DNA of 64,000 nucleotides from Thermoanaerobaculia bacterium (GTDB lineage Bacteria; Acidobacteriota; Thermoanaerobaculia; Multivoradales; Multivoraceae): NCBI GenBank assembly GCA_963664405.1, contig OY761158.1, positions 2,400,001 to 2,464,000 of the forward strand, read 5' to 3'. Shown piece by piece: positions 41,954 to 51,934 of this stretch (position 1 is its first letter; each line of letters starts with the position of its first letter). The notes under the pieces were generated by a model. It saw only the letters and a program-made list of their open reading frames with translations, ran no database searches and was not told where the DNA came from. The position numbers and the translations under genes were made by a program.

Positions 41954-42202
41954 ATGCGAGCAACGGTGACGATCGAGCCATCCCTCTTCACCGAGGCCGA
42001 CCGGCGGGCGAAGGAGATGGGCCTGAGTCGGTCGCGCTTCTATCAGACGGCGCTCGAGCACTATCTGCGAGACCTACGGGACCGTCGACTCACCGACCAG
42101 ATGAACCGCCATCTGGAACGGTACGACGAGAGTGGCGATCGCGACCTCGAGAGCTACGTCGCGGAGGTCTGGGCCCGAGACATGGGCGACGACGAGTGGT
42201 AG
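41954..42202 (+). CDS. Ribbon-helix-helix antitoxin
   Basis: MRATVTIEPSLFTEADRRAKEMGLSRSRFY; overlaps the toxin gene. Confidence 0.85.
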   Translation: MRATVTIEPSLFTEADRRAKEMGLSRSRFYQTALEHYLRDLRDRRLTDQMNRHLERYDESGDRDLESYVAEVWARDMGDDEW

Positions 42203-42534
42203 AGCGGCCGGAGGTCGTTCGTGGCGAGATCTGGTGGGCTGTCGCCGACAAGCGGCGCCCGGTCATCGTCGTGCAGGCCGACTTTCTCAACCGAAGTCGA
42301 ACGAGCTGGATCCTGTCGGTGCCCTTGACCACGAACCTGTCGCGCGGCGACGCTCCCGGCAACGTTCGCCTCGGCCGCCGCGAAACGGGTCTGGGCCGAG
42401 CCTCGGTCGCCAACGTCACCCAGACCGCGCCGCTTCCTCGATCGGGTTTCCGCGAGCGCGTCGGAGGGCTGTCGGAGCCGCTTATGAGTAGTATCGACGA
42501 AGGACTCCGCCTGGTCCTCGGCCTGAAAATCTAG
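42196..42534 (+). CDS. mazF: PemK/MazF family toxin
   Basis: RGEIWW, KRRPVIVVQ, VPLTTN, SVANVTQ. Confidence 0.9.
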   Translation: MVERPEVVRGEIWWAVADKRRPVIVVQADFLNRSRTSWILSVPLTTNLSRGDAPGNVRLGRRETGLGRASVANVTQTAPLPRSGFRERVGGLSEPLMSSIDEGLRLVLGLKI

Positions 42535-42697
42535 CGAGTTACGTAGATGGGAGACGACCAGGCGATCTCGCCAGGGCGGTCCGGGGCCTCCGCGCTGTAG
42601 CTCTCGACGACGCGGATGTAGTAGTAGCCGTCCGCAAGCGGGGGACGGGGACGGAAGGTGAAGGACACCGTGCGCCGATCCGACGGTGATCCTTCCG
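42491..42697 (+). repeat. 207-bp direct repeat, copy 1 (mazF 3' end + 3' remnant of a PHP-fold gene)
   Basis: Ungapped match to 62774-62980, about 15 mismatches by hand count. Confidence 0.92.
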
Positions 42698-42704
42698 GGT
42701 GGTG

Positions 42705-43894
42705 GGCGTGGTGTGCAAATAATCGGCCGAGAGTTCATGCCGCCTTCCGGTAGTAGTAGTTGAGGAGCCCACCCATGCGTTCACGCCGGAGAACCTCGGC
42801 GTCCAGGTCCGTAGGCGGCGGCGCGCGAACCAACAGCCGGTTGTCAAGACCCTGGTGGTTTCGCTCGAGATGGTAATGCTCGACGTACTCGCGGACGAGA
42901 AGGCGTAGGTGGCTCTCGCCCAGGATCACGACCCGATCCAGGCACTCCTCTTTGATCGACCGCACAAAGCGTTCCGCGTATGCGTTCAGATTCGGACTTC
43001 TCGGCGGCAGTTTCACCGTGTGCACACCGCTGCTCTCGAGGATCTCCGTGAACATGTGGGTGTACAGCGGATCTCGGTCGTGGATCAGGTGACTGGCGTT
43101 GCGCAGGAAGCCGTCAACCGGGTCCGTGAGATTGCGCGCCAACTGCTCCATCCACCCACCGTAGGGCTGGTGGTGGATGCCAGCGATCTTCACTCGCCGG
43201 CTTTTCAGCTCGATCACGAAGAACACGAAGTAACGCCTCAGCCCTGCCAGTGTGAGCACCTCGACGGCGAAAAGATCGGCTGCCGCAAGGCCGTCCCAAT
43301 GAGCCTGCAGGAACGTCTTCCACGGCGTCCGCAGGCTCCGCTCAGGAGCCGGTTCGATCCCATGGTCTTGCAGGATCCTCTTGACCGTGTTGCGAGCGAT
43401 CTTGTGACCGAGGTTAGCGAGTGCCCCACGCACCTTGGTGTAGCCCCAGCGCGGATTCTCGACCGCCATTCTCACCACGAGCTTGGCGATCTCTCCGGGC
43501 GTCATCGGCCGTCCTCGTCGTCTTTGGGCACTGCCGTCGTACTTCTTCGCGATCAGTTTGCGGTACCAGCGCAGAATCGTATCGGGCGTCACGATCCCCG
43601 CCACCTGAGCGAGCGCCCGCCGGCCCAGCCTCTCGCCTCGCACAGCGAGTCGACGCCGTTGGGCATCGGTCAGGCGAAGAGGCCGACTGCCGAATTGCTC
43701 GCGGAGGATCCGGTTCTCTTCTCGCAGATAGTCGATCAGGTCTTCCTGCCGGCGGTTCAGCCACCCAGCCATGGTCAAGACAAGGAACTGTAGAGCGTGG
43801 GGCATCACCCGAGACTATGCGCTTCAGACACAGCCAAACCCAGGCCTCTTCCCAAGATGCAGCAGCGGTCGGCCGATTTTTCGCACCCTACGGG
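42705..43894 (-). mobile_element. IS-like element with rve (IS481-like) transposase and imperfect terminal inverted repeats
   Basis: 42705-42730 and 43869-43894 are inverted, 20/26 match (TCGGCCGATTwTTyGCAC). Confidence 0.75.
42735..43808 (-). CDS. Integrase core domain (DDE) transposase, apparently intact
   Basis: [38 protein letters not shown]. Confidence 0.92.
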   Translation of the reverse strand: MMPHALQFLVLTMAGWLNRRQEDLIDYLREENRILREQFGSRPLRLTDAQRRRLAVRGERLGRRALAQVAGIVTPDTILRWYRKLIAKKYDGSAQRRRGRPMTPGEIAKLVVRMAVENPRWGYTKVRGALANLGHKIARNTVKRILQDHGIEPAPERSLRTPWKTFLQAHWDGLAAADLFAVEVLTLAGLRRYFVFFVIELKSRRVKIAGIHHQPYGGWMEQLARNLTDPVDGFLRNASHLIHDRDPLYTHMFTEILESSGVHTVKLPPRSPNLNAYAERFVRSIKEECLDRVVILGESHLRLLVREYVEHYHLERNHQGLDNRLLVRAPPPTDLDAEVLRRERMGGLLNYYYRKAA

Positions 43895-43923
43895 CAGGAA
43901 ACCCGCGTGTTAGCCTCAATTCG

Positions 43924-44115
43924 ATGACCAGCGGCGCGATACAAGAAGGCGAGGAAGAGACAGCGCGCCCGACTATCGCAGGAGCTTTCACGAAGGACGG
44001 GGTCGACCTCACCGCGATCCACTGGATGCTCTCGCTAACACCGGCACAACGACTCAAGGCAGCTCAGGATCTGATCGACGCCGCACGGGCTCTGCAGTCG
44101 ACTGATGAAGTCTAG
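43924..44115 (+). CDS. Small putative antitoxin/partner of nucleotidyltransferase
   Basis: GVDLTAIHWMLSLTPAQRL; overlaps the next gene. Confidence 0.7.
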   Translation: MTSGAIQEGEEETARPTIAGAFTKDGVDLTAIHWMLSLTPAQRLKAAQDLIDAARALQSTDEV

Positions 44116-44593
44116 CTTCCTCGACCTGCTCCGCACCCTCCACGAGAACGACGTCGAGTTCGTGGTCGTAGGAGGCGTCGCTGCACTGATCGAAGGGGCG
44201 CCCATCACGACGCTCGATCTCGACGTGGTCTATCGCGTCGAGGTGGCCAACATCACTCGCCTCCAGGCTGCCCTCGAGTCACTTGGAGCCAGCTACCGCG
44301 ATCCTGCTGGGCGCACGATTCTCCCTTCCGAAAAGACCTTGATATCTCACCGCGTCAACCTCCTGGAGACCTCGGCCGGCCTGCTGGACGCCCTGCAGGA
44401 CGTCGGCGAGAACTGGGGCTACGACGAGGTGAAGCGCCGCTCGAGCGCAAGAACCATCGAAGGCTTGGTGATCCATGTGCTAGGGCTGGAGGGAGTCATC
44501 GCCACGAAAGAGGCGGCCAACCGACCCAAGGACCAGGCCGCCCTTCCCGTCCTCCGCGCGACCTTGAGCGAATTGCGGAAGTCCGAGTCCTGA
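44105..44593 (+). CDS. Nucleotidyltransferase (DUF6036/AbiEii-like)
   Basis: VVVGGVAA, TLDLD, K..ANRPKD. Confidence 0.85.
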   Translation: MKSSFLDLLRTLHENDVEFVVVGGVAALIEGAPITTLDLDVVYRVEVANITRLQAALESLGASYRDPAGRTILPSEKTLISHRVNLLETSAGLLDALQDVGENWGYDEVKRRSSARTIEGLVIHVLGLEGVIATKEAANRPKDQAALPVLRATLSELRKSES

Positions 44594-44671
44594 ACGGCCC
44601 ACCGGAAGGAGCGCTGCGAAGTACAGGTCGCGAGCGAGACATCATTCCCTCACCTGGATCTCGAGAGCACG

Positions 44672-45394
44672 GAGAACAGACGCTGGTGGAGCGCGCTCTC
44701 GAGCGTTGGCCTTCTCATCAGCGATGTGCCGGAGGATCTTGGCGACAACTCGGGGGTCGAGGATGAAGGAGAGGGCGGCCCCGAGAGGATCCTCATCTGT
44801 GCGCCGCATCGACAGGTCAGCGGGTCGACCTCGTAGATCCGGCGGATCATCTGGGCCCAGGCTCGTCTTAGCCGACGACGCTCGGCAGCGGAGGGCAACA
44901 GGGTCGTCGCAGCACTGGCCTCGTCTTCCACTTTCTCGCCTCGCCGCCGCGCCCGTGCAACGCTCGAGTACTCGCCGTAGTAGCGCACCGTGTGAAGCTT
45001 CGGCTGAGGCCTAGGCGGCCCCGTCGTGCATCAGCAGACGGGCGAGGAAGTCCATCGCATCAAAGGTGGTCTGGGACCCACCGAATCGACCCCGGGCCTT
45101 GCGACGGTAGAGAACAGAGCCATCGGCGTCCAAGGACATCCGCTCGAGAATGAGCAGCGGACGAAGCAGGTAGCGAGCAAGCCGCTCGGTGCCCGCAGCA
45201 TCGTCCGCCCCCACGGTGACCGTGTTATGGACCGAGAATCCCTAGCCGGGCGCCCGGTGTTCTGCCAGGAGAGCAGCAGCTCGATCCGCTCCTCGCTCAG
45301 TAGCTCCTCGTCTCGCAGAAAGGCGATGACCTTGTGGCGAAAGAGAAGCTCAGCCGCCTTCGCGTCGACGTACGGCACGGGCACCCAAGTGCCC
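44672..45394 (-). mobile_element. IS91-family transposase relic, partial copy 1
   Basis: Near-identical to 60647-61357; RLARYLLR, VRYYGEYS, WAQMIRRIYEVDPL; three short inserts. Confidence 0.9.
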
Positions 45395-45417
45395 ATCGGG
45401 CTCTCCCAGAATGAAGC

Positions 45418-45940
45418 GGTTGGCCGACGTGCCGCGGGTTCCCCTCGAAGTCGCCGCCACCGGTCCCCGGGTGATCGGCATCGCGGCGCGCCACGCGGAC
45501 AGGGTGATGTTCTCGCTCGGCGCCGACGCGGACCGCCTCGCCTGGGGCATCGAGGTCGCGCATCAAGCCCGGCGAGACGCGGGCCTCGACCCCGACGGAA
45601 TCAGCTTTGGTGCCTACCTGAGCTGCGCCACCCATCCCTCGCTCGACGTCGCCCGCGAGATGGTCCGAGGGGGTGTCACCACCCACGCTCGCTTCTCGGT
45701 GATGCACGGGCAGGTCGCGGGTCCGGTCTCGGAAGAGGAGCGCAAGGTCTTCGCCGACGTGCATGACCACTACGACATGAGGGCCCACACCCGCTCGGAC
45801 TCCCCGCAGGCGGCCTTCGTCACGCCGGAGTTCATCGAACGCTTCTCCATCGTCGGCTCCCCGGATCAGTGCATCGCTCGCTTCAGGGGGCTCGCCGAGA
45901 TCGGCATCTCGAAGGTCGTGCTGTCGGACGTCGACCGCGG
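45418..45940 (+). pseudogene. LLM flavin-dependent oxidoreductase, C-terminal half
   Basis: VPLEVAATGPRVIGIAARHADRV...FSIVGSPDQC; N-terminus replaced by the IS91 relic. Confidence 0.75.
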
Positions 45941-46129
45941 AGCGGATGGGAGAGGCGAGGGCCTTGTTGGAAAGGGAGGCCCTTCCGTCGTTGGTCGGCG
46001 CCGAATAGTCGGACTCCTTCCCGTCCTTCGGATAGGGTGGGGGTTCCAGCAGAGGAGAGCGCGATGGTGTCAACGAGAGCGGCCGCCCTGGCGGTCATGG
46101 TTTCGACGAAGAGCTCGGGTCCCCGGAGA

Positions 46130-46600
46130 TCGTGCCTCGCCCACCCAGCCGTTCCCCACCAAGCCGGCCGCCTACGATCGCCAGGGCGTTTCGGTGGACG
46201 ATCTGATCGATTTCACTGCTGAGCTGCGCCGACAGGCTCTGGAGATCACGGACGAGTACGAGCTGGCGTCGCTCTTTACACCGCCCCGACTCGAAGGCGA
46301 AGGCAAGCCGGTGATCCAGCTGCCGGCGGACAGTGGAGGCACCAACTGGACCCAGCGGCCCGAGAACACCAGCGGCGGCTCGTCCAGCGAGACGGACCTG
46401 CCGGCGGAGATCAGCGTCTACGACAAGAAGAGCGGCGCCTACCTCGGTGGCATCGAATTGCCCGATTCGCCCAACTCCGGCCTCGTCACCTATGAGGTCG
46501 GAGGGCGCCAGTATCTAGCGGTGAGTGTCGGCGGGGGGCGTTACATGTTCGGCGGCGGAGGCACTCCGCCACGAGTCGTGGCATTGGCGCTAGGCGTCCC
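46130..46600 (+). pseudogene. PQQ glucose dehydrogenase-like fragments
   Basis: SPTQPFPTKP...LFTPP...GGTNW joined by deletion to TYEVGGRQYLAVSVGG. Confidence 0.75.
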
Positions 46601-46639
46601 CGGACCCTGCTCCTCGCCCTCGGCGCGCCCGGCGTCAGC

Positions 46640-46740
46640 GAGTACTCGTAGCCGATCATCGAAGTGAACTTGCCTGGCTCATTGTGCCGATCCGCTGCCT
46701 CGATCGTCTTCTTCCAGGCGTCCTCGATGACCGCGTGACC
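46640..46740 (-). pseudogene. DUF3604 fragment
   Basis: AWKKTIEAADRHNEPGKFTSMIGYEYS matches the corresponding segment of 17200-19065. Confidence 0.75.
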
Positions 46741-46764
46741 GAGAAGCGGATGGTTCTCCTGGAT

Positions 46765-46940
46765 CAACTGTCCGACGCGGCATCGTTCCAGGAAATGCGC
46801 CGGCGGATTGAACGCTATCGCAGCAAGCCAGTCGACCCTCACGAGGACTACAACATCGGCTGTACTCTGCTTCGACAGCCTTTCTTTCTTTGATGAAGCC
46901 AGTTGGATCCCGGTACCGTCTGACTTTGCGCGCAACTGAG
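46765..46940 (+). pseudogene. Fragment of putative HNH restriction-type endonuclease
   Basis: EMRRRIERYR...DYNIGC.LLRQPFF / WIPVPSDFARN. Confidence 0.55.
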
Positions 46941-47271
46941 CCTAGTCACGCCGCGGGCTGAAGGACCTCCACGAATCTCAGATTCGGGTACGTCGAAGTG
47001 CACGTCTGAGGCCGTCCGGGACTAGGAAACCGAATCGCAAGTTTCTTCGATTCTTCTTCCGAATCCCCTTGACAAGCTTTTTCGGGCGCCTCGACGTCGA
47101 CTCTGATGTCGTGTCTGGAAGGGGCCGCAGAGCCACCAGATTCGCTTGTGTGGCGCGTTCGAGGAACAGCCGACAAGTTGTCTTGGATCGACCGGCGTTC
47201 GGCTCCGCACGAGGGCTTCAAGTCACTCAAAAAAAGGGGTTTATGATGGTTGGATCGACCTGGAGAGAACG

Positions 47272-48582
47272 ATGCGACCTGACATCTCAGCCCTATCGCC
47301 CAACCCGATTCCACCGATCCACGACTGCCCTGTCGAAGATCTCGGCGAGCAGATCGCCGAGCTCTCGGCACACATTCAGGCGGCCAACTACCGCCTCCTC
47401 ACCCTGATTCGCCAATTCGACGAGCGCGGCGGCTGGAATGTGGGCTTCGCCTCCTGTGCCCACTGGCTCAACTGGCGCACGGGTCTCGCTCTCGGGGCCG
47501 CACGCGAGAAGGTTCGCGTGGCCCATGCGCTGGGCGAGCTACCGCTTCTCAGTGAGTCGATGAGCCGAGGTGAGGTGTCGTACTCGAAGGTTCGTGCACT
47601 GACCCGGGTGGCTACGCCGGAGAACGAAGAGGAGCTCCTCGCCTTTGCTCGTTGTGGGAGTGCCTCCCATGTGGAGAGGCTGGTGCGAGCGTGGCGACGG
47701 GTCGATCGGATCGCGGACCAGGAGGAGGAGCAACGAAGGCACGCGAGCCGATCACTCGATGCCTTCTTCGACGAGGACGGCATGCTGGTGGTCCGCGGTC
47801 GTCTCGATGCCGAGGCGGGTGCCGTGGTGATGCGGGCTCTGGAGGCGGCTTCGGAAGCTCTCTACGAATCGACGGAAGAGAAGATCGAGATCCCCGCCGG
47901 TCAACGGCGGGCCGATGCGCTTCAGCTTCTCGCCGAAAGCGCGCTGGCGCACGAGCTCGACCGCGGCACTTCTGGCGACCGCTATCAGGTGGTCGTGCAC
48001 GTCGACGCCGAGACGCTGGCGGACGAGAAAGGCTCCGGCGTCTCGGTGCTCGAGGATGGGCAGCACGTTCCCGCGGGAACGTCTCAGCGCCTGGCCTGCG
48101 ACGCGGGCAAGGTGGTGGTTCGCCACGCTCGAGACGGCACGGTGCTCGACGTCGGGCGCAAAACGCGCACGATCTCACCCGCCATCCGCCGTGCATTGAA
48201 TACCCGGGACAAGATCTGCCGCTTTCCTGGCTGCCAATCGAAGTTCTGCGAGGCCCATCACGTCAAACACTGGGCGCAAGGTGGAGAAACTCGCCTCGAC
48301 AACCTGGTTCTACTGTGCCGGCGCCACCACCGAGCGGTTCATGAGGAAGGCTTTTCGATGAAGCTACTGGCTGATGGCGAGGTCTCTTTCTTCTGGCCTG
48401 ATGGGCGGCCGATGGCACAGGCGCCCTCGTTGCCCGCGCTGGCAGGTGAGCCTTTGGAGCTGCTGCTGCGCCTCCTCGAGCGACAGGGAATCAAGATCGA
48501 TGCGGAGAGCGGGCTTCCCGATTGGGATGGGGAGTCTTTCGATCTCGAGTGGGCGGTCGATGCTCTGCGATCGATCAATTGA
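47272..48582 (+). CDS. DUF222-domain HNH endonuclease
   Basis: SCAHWL, SYSKVRALTR, RRADAL, RD..CRFPGC, AHHVKHW..GGET.LDNLVLLCRRHH..VH; GGAGAG RBS. Confidence 0.92.
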   Translation: MRPDISALSPNPIPPIHDCPVEDLGEQIAELSAHIQAANYRLLTLIRQFDERGGWNVGFASCAHWLNWRTGLALGAAREKVRVAHALGELPLLSESMSRGEVSYSKVRALTRVATPENEEELLAFARCGSASHVERLVRAWRRVDRIADQEEEQRRHASRSLDAFFDEDGMLVVRGRLDAEAGAVVMRALEAASEALYESTEEKIEIPAGQRRADALQLLAESALAHELDRGTSGDRYQVVVHVDAETLADEKGSGVSVLEDGQHVPAGTSQRLACDAGKVVVRHARDGTVLDVGRKTRTISPAIRRALNTRDKICRFPGCQSKFCEAHHVKHWAQGGETRLDNLVLLCRRHHRAVHEEGFSMKLLADGEVSFFWPDGRPMAQAPSLPALAGEPLELLLRLLERQGIKIDAESGLPDWDGESFDLEWAVDALRSIN

Positions 48583-48664
48583 GGCAGGAGCTCTGATCTA
48601 CTTAGCCGGGCACCTGAGAAGCCGCGGGAGGCCGGGGTATCGTCCGCTCTGATAGGGTTTTGGC

Positions 48665-48865
48665 ATGAGTAGGGTAGACGAGTTGGAGCGGGCTGTTCGT
48701 GATCTGTCTCCCGAGGATCTCCGCCGATTCCGCGAGTGGTTTGTCGAGTTTGACGCCGAGCTCTGGGAACGTCAGCTTGAGCGCGACATCGATGCCGGCC
48801 GACTCGATCGTCTTGCCCAAGAGGCCCGGACCGAGCACCGTGAGGGGCGCACCCGGCCTCTGTGA
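48665..48865 (+). CDS. Small putative antitoxin
   Basis: LSPEDLRRFREWF...WERQLERDIDAGRLDRLA; followed by a toxin remnant. Confidence 0.75.
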   Translation: MSRVDELERAVRDLSPEDLRRFREWFVEFDAELWERQLERDIDAGRLDRLAQEARTEHREGRTRPL

Positions 48866-48972
48866 CGACCTCCTCAAGGAAAACCCGCGGCATGCTTCGC
48901 TGCACTTCAAGAGGATTGGCCAACTCTGGTCCGCCCGAGTGGGGGCTCGCTATCGCGCTCTTGCCACGGTGG
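48862..48972 (+). pseudogene. RelE/ParE-like toxin remnant
   Basis: LLKENPRHASLHFKRIGQLWSARVGARYRALA; both termini missing. Confidence 0.7.
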
Positions 48973-48974
48973 AA

Positions 48975-50480
48975 ATGAGAAGGACCCACGGTGTCGAGAA
49001 GGTCGTCGTTGTGCTGGTACTGACCCTGGCGCTCGCGACGGGCTCTCCGGGCGCGGCGGCCGACAACGCTGTCGGCAACGTCGTGCGGACCACTGCGGGG
49101 GAGGTGTCGGGATCGGCGGTGGAAGAAGGCGGCCGCACGGTGCGCATCTTCAAGGGGATCCCCTACGCGGCACCGCCGGTCGGAGAGCTGCGCTGGCGTC
49201 CGCCGCAGCCTCCATCGCCCTGGAAGGGCGTGCGCGACGCGACCGAATGGGCGCCGACGGCGCCTCAGCCCTCCTCCATGATGACAGCCGGGCACGTCAT
49301 CAGCGAAGACTGCCTCCACCTCAACGTCCTCACCGCGGCCCAGAGCACCGCCGATCGGCTCCCTGTGATGGTGTTCTTCCATGGGGGTGGCCTGACCTTG
49401 GGAACCGGCAATTTTGTGCTCTACAACCACACGGCTCTGCCCCGCAAAGGGGTGGTGGTTGTGACGGTGAACAGCCGGCTCGGTCCGATCGGGTACATGG
49501 CGCACCCGGCTCTGACGGCGGAGTCCGAGCACCAGGCGTCCGGAAACTACGGCACGCTGGACCTGATCGCCTCGCTGAAGTGGGTGCACAAGAACATCGT
49601 CGCCTTCGGGGGCGACCCCGACAACGTGCTCATCTTCGGTGAGTCGGGTGGCGGCACCAAGACGATGTCGCTCGTGACCTCACCGCTGGCGAAGGGTCTC
49701 TTTCACAAAGCCATCGTCGAGAGCGGGTCGGTGGTGGCCTCGCCGGAGCGCACCGCCACCCTCGAGGAGGCCGAGGAGGTGGGCGAGCGCATCGCCGCGA
49801 AGCTGGGCCTGGAGGGGAAGTCCGATGTCCTCGCCGCAATGCGCGCCGCGAGTTGGGAAGACATCGTCGCCGCGGAGTGGCAGAAGCGACCTGGAGCCCG
49901 CGGGTTGCCTGTTCCCTCAGACCTGGCCTACCGCGCCGACCTCACGGTCGATGGCTGGGTGCTGCCGGCGTCGGTGCACGACACGCTCCGACAGGGACAG
50001 CAGCACGACGTCCCTCTGATCGTCGGCGCCAACGAAGGGGAGCCGCGGGCTGCTACGGACGTTCCGCGCCTCGCGAACCTGATGAGTGCGACGGCGTCGT
50101 CGAAGACCTACGTCTACAATTTCTCGCATATGCCGAGGGCATGGCGCGATCTCGACTGCATCGCCTTCCACGGCGTGGAGCTGCCGTACGTCTTCGGCTA
50201 CGTTCCCGATGGGCTCACGCTGCCACTGATTCTCCGTCTCGCCAATCGCAACGGCTGCAAGTCGCGAGAGCCGGGAGCCGACGAAGTGGACGAGACGGTG
50301 GCCGACAACACCATGGAGATGTGGACGCAGTTCGCCAAGACGGGCGATCCCAGCGTGAAGGGCCTAGTCGAATGGCCTCCCTACACCGAGGAGTCCGATC
50401 GGTATCTGGACATCGGCTACGCGCTCGAGGTCAGGAAAGGGATCAAGAGCGCGTATGTAGCGTCTTCCGAGGCGCCGTAG
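48975..50480 (+). CDS. Carboxylesterase type B
   Basis: FKGIPYAAPPVGELRW, SEDCL, HGGG, GESGG, FHGVEL. Confidence 0.93.
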   Translation: MRRTHGVEKVVVVLVLTLALATGSPGAAADNAVGNVVRTTAGEVSGSAVEEGGRTVRIFKGIPYAAPPVGELRWRPPQPPSPWKGVRDATEWAPTAPQPSSMMTAGHVISEDCLHLNVLTAAQSTADRLPVMVFFHGGGLTLGTGNFVLYNHTALPRKGVVVVTVNSRLGPIGYMAHPALTAESEHQASGNYGTLDLIASLKWVHKNIVAFGGDPDNVLIFGESGGGTKTMSLVTSPLAKGLFHKAIVESGSVVASPERTATLEEAEEVGERIAAKLGLEGKSDVLAAMRAASWEDIVAAEWQKRPGARGLPVPSDLAYRADLTVDGWVLPASVHDTLRQGQQHDVPLIVGANEGEPRAATDVPRLANLMSATASSKTYVYNFSHMPRAWRDLDCIAFHGVELPYVFGYVPDGLTLPLILRLANRNGCKSREPGADEVDETVADNTMEMWTQFAKTGDPSVKGLVEWPPYTEESDRYLDIGYALEVRKGIKSAYVASSEAP

Positions 50481-50533
50481 CGCGGAACCGGCCCTTCTTC
50501 ACGCCAGCCGTTGAAGATCCGCTCTCCCACCGA

Positions 50534-51457
50534 TCAATCAAACGCTGCATTGATTTCCTCATCCACACGCTGCAGATCTTCCACAGTGAAGAAGGTGGCT
50601 AAACACATCTCTTCGACCCCCGCATTCGCAAACTCCCCGATCAAATCGATGTGGAAGTCTCGTGATCCGACCGTCCTTGCCGGATTTTCCTGGAGGATTC
50701 GTTCCCGTTCCGCATCGGTTTCGGCAAGTCGCAAGGGGTAATGCACCGTCAGTTTGATCTCTGCCGGATCCCGGCCGATGTCTTCGCAATGTCGTTCGAG
50801 CACGCTGAGTTTGTGCTTAAACACCTCAACATCCATCCCTGCCCAACCGTTGAAATTCCAGATATCCCCATACCGCGCCAGGGTGCGTAGTGTGCGGCGC
50901 TCCCCGTTTCCCCCGATCATGATCGGGATACGGGGCTTCTGATAACAACCGGGGGCGAGTGGGGCCCGCTCCAGCCGATAGTACTTACCCTGGAAGTCGA
51001 CAGGCTCTTCTTGTGTAAAAAGCTTGGCGATCAATTCACACGCCTCCTCCAGCCGATCCTGCCGTTCGTGCATGGACGGGAAATCCCAACCATAGGCCTG
51101 GTGTTCCCGCTCGCACCAACCTGCTCCAATGCCCAGGGTGAAGCGGCCTTTAGAGGCCTGATCGAGTTCAGCAGCCATCTTGGCCACCAGGGCTGGATTG
51201 CGGTAAGGGTTGCCCAAGACCAAACTGCCCAGTTTGATCCGTTTCGTCATTCCTGCGACCACCGCGAGGGGGATAAAAGCTTCGTAGGCCGGGTTGAGTT
51301 CATCCTGATCAGCGGGAATGCCGCTCAGGGGGACAGGCGGAAGAAAGTGATCAGGAAACCAAATGCTGTTCCATCGCCCTGCTTCCATTGCCTGAATGTA
51401 GGCCTCCATCTCGTCCCATTGAGCCCGGTAGACCTTGAGTTGTGCACCAAATTTCAT
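50534..51457 (-). CDS. LLM-class (probably F420-dependent) oxidoreductase
   Basis: WFPDHF, YRNPALVAK, LGIGAGW, IGGNGERRTL. Confidence 0.88.
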   Translation of the reverse strand: MKFGAQLKVYRAQWDEMEAYIQAMEAGRWNSIWFPDHFLPPVPLSGIPADQDELNPAYEAFIPLAVVAGMTKRIKLGSLVLGNPYRNPALVAKMAAELDQASKGRFTLGIGAGWCEREHQAYGWDFPSMHERQDRLEEACELIAKLFTQEEPVDFQGKYYRLERAPLAPGCYQKPRIPIMIGGNGERRTLRTLARYGDIWNFNGWAGMDVEVFKHKLSVLERHCEDIGRDPAEIKLTVHYPLRLAETDAERERILQENPARTVGSRDFHIDLIGEFANAGVEEMCLATFFTVEDLQRVDEEINAAFD

Positions 51458-51559
51458 AGTACTTCTTCCTATCACATTAATGACGGGTCTTGCCGTCTAC
51501 TGCCGAGCGGCCGCCCTGACCCGCGGCCCCGCCTCGCGTCTACGAGTAAACTCGGCAGG

Positions 51560-51934
51560 ATGGGCGGCAAGGATCCGATCGTCATCGTCGACTCTCACAT
51601 CGACCCTCTCGAGCTCGCTCGGCTGGTCGCTCTCTTCTTCGAGGACATGGTCAAGTACGTAGTCGACCTGGATCGCGGGATCGCGGCTGTGGGAGGTGAG
51701 CTTCACGCCGACGCCGAGTTGCTCCTCCTGGAGACAGGAAGCCTTCAGGACCATCTCTGGGGCGCCAACTACTACCCCGGTGAGGGCGAGGACGGTTGTA
51801 TCGAGTACACATCTCTCATCAACATCAGGCCATCCCAGGGGAATCCAAGTATGGAGGTCGAGGATCCTGCCATTCGGGAGGAGCTGAGAGAGCTGACCTT
51901 TACCTTACTCGGCCGCGGTGAGCCGCTGCCATGA
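51560..51934 (+). CDS. DUF5674 family protein
   Basis: MVKYVVD, GGELHADAE, LWGANYYP, IEYTSLINIRPSQGN. Confidence 0.8.
   Translation: MGGKDPIVIVDSHIDPLELARLVALFFEDMVKYVVDLDRGIAAVGGELHADAELLLLETGSLQDHLWGANYYPGEGEDGCIEYTSLINIRPSQGNPSMEVEDPAIREELRELTFTLLGRGEPLP

Noticed and set aside
45411-46667. 418-aa ORF as a novel fusion protein
   Set aside because: It strings together an LLM C-terminal half, a non-protein-like spacer and two PQQ-GDH pieces; an open frame by chance is plausible in GC-rich debris
46945-47270. Guide-like ncRNA upstream of the HNH gene
   Set aside because: I could not find convincing stems or a second copy to support it
48699-48974. N-terminal extension of the carboxylesterase
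   Set aside because: Overlaps the antitoxin and toxin remnant; the signal peptide begins at 48975
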